From an uncultured Bdellovibrionales bacterium (lineage in GTDB: Bacteria; Patescibacteriota; Minisyncoccia; Moranbacterales; JAKLHP01), in the NCBI GenBank assembly GCA_964641975.1, contig CAZXKY010000002.1, positions 8,070 through 39,384 on the forward strand: a stretch of DNA of 31,315 bases. The letters are read 5' to 3'. Under the pieces are notes generated by a model. It was not told where the DNA came from and ran no database searches. It saw only the letters and a program-made list of their open reading frames with translations. Below are positions 26,409 to 31,315 of the stretch, piece after piece. Each line of letters begins with the position of its first letter. Position 1 is the first letter of the stretch. Both the position numbers and the translations under genes were made by a program.

Positions 26409-26485
26409 TCCTGCCCTTAAAATAACATTCAGAATCAGGCTGCAAGCCCTGTTTTTTTATCTGGAAATATGTTATTTATATAGTT

Positions 26486-27319
26486 ATGAATACCAAAAGA
26501 GCCAGTAAAATAATATCCAAGTCGAACAGTATTATCCTGGAAGACCCTAGGCTTTTATATGAGAAAGAGCGAGAACTTCTCAATAAACCTTTTTATTTTA
26601 AAGGAACCAATGGCAAGGGAGTGTTGCTTATTCACGGCTGGACAACCACTTCCTATGAACTAAGACGCCTAGGAAAATATCTAAATGAATCCGGATATAC
26701 TGTTTTTGCCCCACTTCTTCGAGGACATGGGACCGTTCCCAAAGACTTGGAAAACGTCCGGTGGAAAGATTGGATGGAAGACATTGAGGCTGCCTATGTG
26801 AAACTAAAGGAAAATTACCAACAGATTTATGTTGGTGGAACTTCAATTGGATCTTGCCTTACGATTATGCTAGCTAAAAATCACCCCGATATTTCTGGAC
26901 TCATCCTTATGGCGATGCCCTATAAAATAAAATTTGAGAGAATCCTAATACCCTTTGCTCATCTGTCAAAAAAAATAAAAAAATACAACAGAAAATATTA
27001 TCCACCTACCTTTGGAGCAATCAGTACCATTACTCGCCTTATTAGTTATCAATCCTATTCGCTAGACAGCGCCCTAGAAACATTTAAGCTGGTTCAGGAA
27101 GCACGAAAGAATATTTCTTGCATCAGCCAACCAGCTTTTCTCATTCAGTCGCTTAGCGATCATGTCGTTTCTAGAAAAAGTTTAGAAAAAATTTATAATT
27201 TATTAGGCTCAAAGATAAAAAAGAAAAAATACATCAAAAGAGCCTACCATACTTTTATTTCAGATATTAAAAATGAAAGTATTTTCAAAGAAATATTAGA
27301 CTTTCTTGATACAAATTAA
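26486..27319 (+). CDS. Alpha/beta hydrolase (carboxylesterase / monoacylglycerol lipase, Est30-like)
   Basis: LLIHGW, LRGHG, GTSIG (GxSxG), DHVV, YHT. Confidence 0.88.
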   Translation: MNTKRASKIISKSNSIILEDPRLLYEKERELLNKPFYFKGTNGKGVLLIHGWTTTSYELRRLGKYLNESGYTVFAPLLRGHGTVPKDLENVRWKDWMEDIEAAYVKLKENYQQIYVGGTSIGSCLTIMLAKNHPDISGLILMAMPYKIKFERILIPFAHLSKKIKKYNRKYYPPTFGAISTITRLISYQSYSLDSALETFKLVQEARKNISCISQPAFLIQSLSDHVVSRKSLEKIYNLLGSKIKKKKYIKRAYHTFISDIKNESIFKEILDFLDTN

Positions 27320-28488
27320 TGAATATTGCAATCTTCACTAATAATTATCTTCCTAACCCTTATGGCGTTTCCGGTTCGATTGAAAGTTTTCGGAAGCAAT
27401 TTGAAAGTCTCGGTCATACCGTGTATATTTTTGCTCCAGGCTGCAAGGGATATCAGGATAAAAATTCAAATGTCTTTCGCTACCCCGCTATCGATATCCA
27501 ATATAAAATAAAGTTTCCAATTGTTATTCCATACTCCTTAAAAATAAATTCCCTAATAAAAGATCTGAAAATAGACGTTATTCATTCTCAGCATCCCAAT
27601 CTTCTGGGAAGTGTCGCCAAAAAATGGGCAAGGAAAAAAAATATTCCTCTAGTTTTTACCTGGCATACCTTGTATGACCAATACACGCATTTTCTTCCAA
27701 TTATTCCCAAAAAATTATCCGGAAAAATAGCTATTAATCAGGCAGTTAGATATGCCAACAAAAGCGATTTTATAATTACCCCGACCGATTCCGTTCAAAA
27801 AATAATTAAAAATTGGGGTGTTATTAATGAAAATGTAGCTTCTATTCCCACTGGTGTCGAAGAAGAATTATATCAGAATCCCGACCGGAACAAAGTTAGA
27901 AGCAAATTCAACATTAAGAAAAACGAGATATTGTTGCTTTTGGTTTCCAGGTTGACTCAGGAAAAAAATATTTATTTTTTATTCAGCGCTGTCATCAAGG
28001 TGTTAAAAAACAATGCTAATACTAAGTTTTTAATTGTTGGCGATGGTTATCTGCTTCCAAAATTAAAAAAAATAGTCCAAGAAGAAAATTTTGAAGAAAG
28101 AATAACCTTTGAAGGAATTGTGGGAAAAGAAGAACTTAAAAATTATTATGCCGCTGGAGATATTTTCGTCTATTCTTCCAAATCCGAAACTCAAGGAATG
28201 ATCGTTTCTGAAGCTATGTATTCCGGACTTCCGATTGTCGCGGTTAAAGCTCCGGGTATTTGTAATTTGGTGCAAAATAATGTTAATGGGTTTTTGGTTT
28301 CAGAGATTGAAAACCGATTTGTTGAAACTGTAGAAAAATTAATAAAAGACAGCGAACTTAGAAAAAAATTCAGCGAAGAATCCAGAAGAATCGCCCACGA
28401 AAATTTTACCGATAAAATCTGCGCCGAAAAAATGATTGCTGTATACAAAAAAGTTATAGAAAAAACAGTAAGTAAACTATCTTCATGA
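27319..28488 (+). CDS. Glycosyltransferase family 4 (diacylglycerol glucosyltransferase-like)
   Basis: FTNNYLPNPYGVSGS, HSQHP, WHTLY, VSRLTQEKN, SETQGMIVSEAM. Confidence 0.9.
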   Translation: MNIAIFTNNYLPNPYGVSGSIESFRKQFESLGHTVYIFAPGCKGYQDKNSNVFRYPAIDIQYKIKFPIVIPYSLKINSLIKDLKIDVIHSQHPNLLGSVAKKWARKKNIPLVFTWHTLYDQYTHFLPIIPKKLSGKIAINQAVRYANKSDFIITPTDSVQKIIKNWGVINENVASIPTGVEEELYQNPDRNKVRSKFNIKKNEILLLLVSRLTQEKNIYFLFSAVIKVLKNNANTKFLIVGDGYLLPKLKKIVQEENFEERITFEGIVGKEELKNYYAAGDIFVYSSKSETQGMIVSEAMYSGLPIVAVKAPGICNLVQNNVNGFLVSEIENRFVETVEKLIKDSELRKKFSEESRRIAHENFTDKICAEKMIAVYKKVIEKTVSKLSS

Positions 28489-29021
28489 TTTTACCTAAGA
28501 AATTTTATCAAAAAGACACCCTCAAGGTTGCCCAAAATATTTTGGGCTGTTTTTTGATTAGAAAAGTTGGCAATAAAATTATCAAAGGAATAATTACCGA
28601 AACAGAAGCTTATGTGGGTGAAAATGATTTGGCCAGCCATGCTTCCAAGGGCAGAACCCCGCGAACTGAAATTATGTATGGAGAAGCGGGATATACTTAT
28701 GTTTATATGATTTATGGAATGTATCATTGCTTGAATATTGTAACTGAAAAAAAAGATTTTCCGGCAGCCGTACTGATTAGAGAAATAAAAATAGAAAATA
28801 TTAAATATAAGAAAACCAACGGTCCGGGAAAACTTTGCAGACTCCTGAAAATAGACAGAAAGTTAAATAATTGCGATATAACAAAAAATAAAGAACTATG
28901 GATAGAATCTGGAATAAAAATTAAAAAAACTCAAATTCATAAAGATAAGCGAGTTGGAATCGATTACGCCAAACATTGCAAAGATTACTTATGGAGATTT
29001 TCTGTTAAAATAGAGAAATAA
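28485..29021 (+). CDS. mpg: DNA-3-methyladenine glycosylase (MPG/AAG family)
   Basis: ITETEAY, ASHA, YVYMIYGMYHCLNIV, AVLIR, NGPGKLC, RVGI, WRF. Confidence 0.95.
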   Translation: MILPKKFYQKDTLKVAQNILGCFLIRKVGNKIIKGIITETEAYVGENDLASHASKGRTPRTEIMYGEAGYTYVYMIYGMYHCLNIVTEKKDFPAAVLIREIKIENIKYKKTNGPGKLCRLLKIDRKLNNCDITKNKELWIESGIKIKKTQIHKDKRVGIDYAKHCKDYLWRFSVKIEK

Positions 29022-29069
29022 ATTTTATTATCCGGGGTAATAATTAATGTAACTAATAAGCTAAATGTT

Positions 29070-29630
29070 ATGAGCAATAAAACGCAAGAAAATCTCGCCA
29101 AAGCATTTGTTGGCGAATCACAGGCCAGAAATAGATATTCATTCTTTGCATCTGTTGCAAAAAACGAAGGACTAAAGCAAATTGCCGCCATCTTTCAGGA
29201 AACCGCAGACAATGAGAAAGAACACGCCAAAAGACTATTTAAGCTCTTGGGGGAAGTTTCAGTCGATATTCCAACCAGCGTCGGAGCGGGAATCGGTGAT
29301 ACGAAAGCAAACTTAAAACATGCCGCTGAAGGAGAAAAATACGAATGGGGAACTTTGTATCCTAATTTTGAAAAAATTGCCCAAGAAGAAGGAGAGACTG
29401 AAGCTGCTGATCTATTTAAAGAACTTGCCGAAGTGGAAAAAGAACATGAAAAAAGGTATCTTAAATTGCTGGATAATGTGGAAAAAAATATGGTATTTAA
29501 AAGAGAACAGCCGGTTAAATGGCATTGCCGAAATTGCGGATATGTCCATGAAGGAATTGAAGCGCCCATTGAATGCCCTGCTTGCAAACATCCCCAAGCC
29601 TACTATGAAATATTGAGTGAAAACTATTAA
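29070..29630 (+). CDS. rbr: Rubrerythrin
   Basis: AFVGESQARNRY, NEKEHAK, AAEGEKYE, VEKEHEKRY; C-terminal CxxC...CPAC rubredoxin-like domain. Confidence 0.96.
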   Translation: MSNKTQENLAKAFVGESQARNRYSFFASVAKNEGLKQIAAIFQETADNEKEHAKRLFKLLGEVSVDIPTSVGAGIGDTKANLKHAAEGEKYEWGTLYPNFEKIAQEEGETEAADLFKELAEVEKEHEKRYLKLLDNVEKNMVFKREQPVKWHCRNCGYVHEGIEAPIECPACKHPQAYYEILSENY

Positions 29631-29641
29631 TTTCAAAAAAA

Positions 29642-30010
29642 ATGAACAAAATATACAAATGTTCTATTTGCGGAAATGTCATAGAATTGCTTCATGATGA
29701 CGAAAAAGAAATTATCTGCTGTGGAAAACCAATGGAACTTTTAGTTGAAAAAAATAATGACGAGGGCATGGAAAAACATGTCCCGATTGTTGAAAAGACA
29801 GAAACGGGAACCCGAGTAAAAATTGGCTCCATTGAACATCCAATGGAAGAAAATCACTATATTGAATGGATTGAAATAAATTTTGACGGAAAATCAGGAA
29901 AAAAATTTCTTCATCCTGGAGAAAAACCGGAAGCAGAGTTCGAAGCCAGACCGAAAAATTTTACCGCGAGATGTTATTGCAATGTTCACGGACTCTGGAA
30001 AAACAAGTAA
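29642..30010 (+). CDS. dfx: Desulfoferrodoxin (superoxide reductase)
   Basis: YKCSICGN...CCGKPM; EKHVP; HPMEENHYIEWI; CNVHG. Confidence 0.96.
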   Translation: MNKIYKCSICGNVIELLHDDEKEIICCGKPMELLVEKNNDEGMEKHVPIVEKTETGTRVKIGSIEHPMEENHYIEWIEINFDGKSGKKFLHPGEKPEAEFEARPKNFTARCYCNVHGLWKNK

Positions 30011-30017
30011 AAAAGCG

Positions 30018-30044
30018 AAAAATCCCGAGCAATCGGGATTTTTT
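30018..30044 (+). terminator. Intrinsic terminator
   Basis: AAAAATCCCGA-GCAA-TCGGGATTTTT. Confidence 0.85.
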
Positions 30045-30099
30045 ACTGGAGCTGTTTTTATTCAGAAGATCGAACTTTTTTTGAAAAGAATTTTTGATT

Positions 30100-30222
30100 T
30101 TACGCTCGGGCGGGCAAAAAGGGAAAGGGTCTGGGAAAAGGAATTTTTGCCCGCCCTCTCTTTCCGAATCCGATTTTTCCGCCACCGCCGAATTTCGTGC
30201 CAACTTCGTTGGCGCGCCGCCT
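30100..30222. repeat. GC-rich palindromic intergenic element (REP/MITE-like)
   Basis: Perfect 13-bp IR GGGCGGGCAAAAA (30108-30120) / TTTTTGCCCGCCC (30144-30156); second hairpin GCCAAC-ttc-GTTGGC (30199-30213). Confidence 0.6.
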
Positions 30223-30235
30223 AAATATTGATGAT

Positions 30236-30889
30236 CTAATTAATCAATAAAAAATTTTTAACCTTATTTATATCCACTGCGAAATTATCCTTATTTGTAA
30301 ATAAGTTTTTATTTGATTCTAATTTTAAATAGTTAATAAATTTAGAAAAATTATCAATATCATTTGAAAACATATTTACATATTCCTCAAATAAATCTTT
30401 CGCACCATTTGGAAGTTCTCTCTTAAGAGCATTCAAAAAATTTTCATATAATTGTTTATCTATTTTATTTTTTTCTTTTAGTTTCAAGTATGTTGTTGCC
30501 ATAAAAGCAAAATTAAATGGTTCTCCATCGCAGCCTCCATTGAAAATCTTTGGATCTTCTTTATTATTAATAATCGGATTAAAAAAAGCATGGTGAGTTT
30601 CATGAAATAGACATCCCCACAAATTTTCCGGATATTTTTTTTGAATATTCCTATTGTATATTCCCATTTTAACGATATGGGGATTACATGTAGGGTCGTA
30701 TATTGCTCCACCTGTTGAATTGTTCAATTCTATTTTTATTTGATCATCATTCCAGATTTGACCAAAAACTTCTTCAATGGTCGGGAAAATACCCTCAATA
30801 TCATCCAGATATTTTTTTAATTTTTCAACAGCCTCAATATCTTTAGCAAACTGTTGCAAATTTGTAATAAAATAATGTTTTGTTTCCAT
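30236..30889 (-). CDS. Hypothetical protein with HExxH zinc-metallopeptidase-like motif
   Basis: GCLFHETHHAFF, with a downstream Glu (DGEPF) as possible third ligand. Confidence 0.65.
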   Translation of the reverse strand: METKHYFITNLQQFAKDIEAVEKLKKYLDDIEGIFPTIEEVFGQIWNDDQIKIELNNSTGGAIYDPTCNPHIVKMGIYNRNIQKKYPENLWGCLFHETHHAFFNPIINNKEDPKIFNGGCDGEPFNFAFMATTYLKLKEKNKIDKQLYENFLNALKRELPNGAKDLFEEYVNMFSNDIDNFSKFINYLKLESNKNLFTNKDNFAVDINKVKNFLLIN

Positions 30890-30912
30890 GATAACAATGA
30901 AATATCTTATTA

Positions 30913-31077
30913 TTATTCACTATCAGACCAATTATGCTGGCAGTCTAAACAATAATATTGTGCGGGATGTGGTTTAGATGCAAATTCTTCTCCCTCTTTA
31001 GCTCTGGGAGAAAATGGTCCATTTTTTTCAATATTTTCCGAATTACATTTTGGACATTTTTCAATTTCTTTTTCCAT
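30913..31077 (-). CDS. Small zinc-ribbon protein (54 aa)
   Basis: Below the track cutoff; translated by hand: MEKEIEKCPKCNSENIEKNGPFSPRAKEGEEFASKPHPAQYYCLDCQHNWSDSE (CxxC...CxxC). Confidence 0.7.
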   Translation of the reverse strand: MEKEIEKCPKCNSENIEKNGPFSPRAKEGEEFASKPHPAQYYCLDCQHNWSDSE

Positions 31078-31128
31078 ATCGTTTTGTCGGATTTGCTACT
31101 TTATAAATTACTTTCTACAAGCTTTTTG

Positions 31129-31314
31129 CTATTTTAAAAACAAGGAGTTAATTAATTCGTTTTCAAATTTTCTTTTCTGTTTTTTTCGCTTATATGCAAA
31201 ATCTTCTGCCACCTTTTTTTCTGTGTTATTTCTAGTACTACTAAAAGTTAATCCTTGTTGAGCCATTTCTTTCGCTACTTCTTGTAATTTTAATTTTTCA
31301 TCACGTTTATTTAT
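31129..31314 (-). CDS. Hypothetical protein, 5'-truncated by window edge
   Basis: Open frame INKRDEKLKLQEVAKEMAQQGLTFSS...NSLFLK* ending at TAG 31129-31131. Confidence 0.55.
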   Translation of the reverse strand: MNKRDEKLKLQEVAKEMAQQGLTFSSTRNNTEKKVAEDFAYKRKKQKRKFENELINSLFLK

Positions 31315-31315
31315 C

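Noticed and set aside
481-30711. Many short antisense or alternate-frame ORFs in the track (e.g. 481..819, 3803..4108, 15732..16049, 21961..22365, 23438..23749, 24698..25123, 29883..30224)
   Set aside because: They lie opposite or within well-supported genes or the GC-rich repeat and have no motifs.
1-31315. CRISPR array, tRNA/rRNA, IS transposase, diversity-generating retroelement, or alternative genetic code
   Set aside because: No repeat-spacer array, cloverleaf or DDE/HUH/RT gene seen. The pilin repeat's four mismatches lie in the constant region, not a variable C-terminus as in DGRs. TGA ends an intact gene (6705).

Overview
AT-rich chromosomal window using standard code 11 (TGA is a stop, e.g. 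at 6705). Gene content points to a Patescibacteria/CPR (Parcubacteria-like) genome; this is inferred from VirB2/TrbC-like 'T4SS pilin' proteins, mostly SD-less housekeeping genes and a truncated Jag. Left to right: partial tsaC and an HD hydrolase (-); rpmH-rnpA-yidC-jag; a glycan cluster (Wzx flippase, two GT2, two O-antigen-ligase-like genes); then a long minus-strand envelope block. That block carries two pilin-like genes sharing a 318-bp, 98.7% identical core but ending in different peptidoglycan hydrolase domains (NlpC/P60 versus lytic transglycosylase). Around them are a beta-propeller, Cys-rich anchored proteins, an 831-aa surface protein, a degenerate CPBP, lspA, a DksA/TraR-like gene and yraN. 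Next come a ~570-nt promoter-to-terminator structured non-coding region with a group-I-intron-like 3' core, pnp, a Xer-type recombinase, LysM-CHAP, DedA/hydrolase/GT4, mpg, rbr, dfx, a GC-rich hairpin/G4 element and small accessory genes. The best candidate for a new system is the constant-pilin / variable-wall-hydrolase module; the structured RNA is second. No tRNA, rRNA, CRISPR array or transposase was seen. All calls are by eye; no searches were run.
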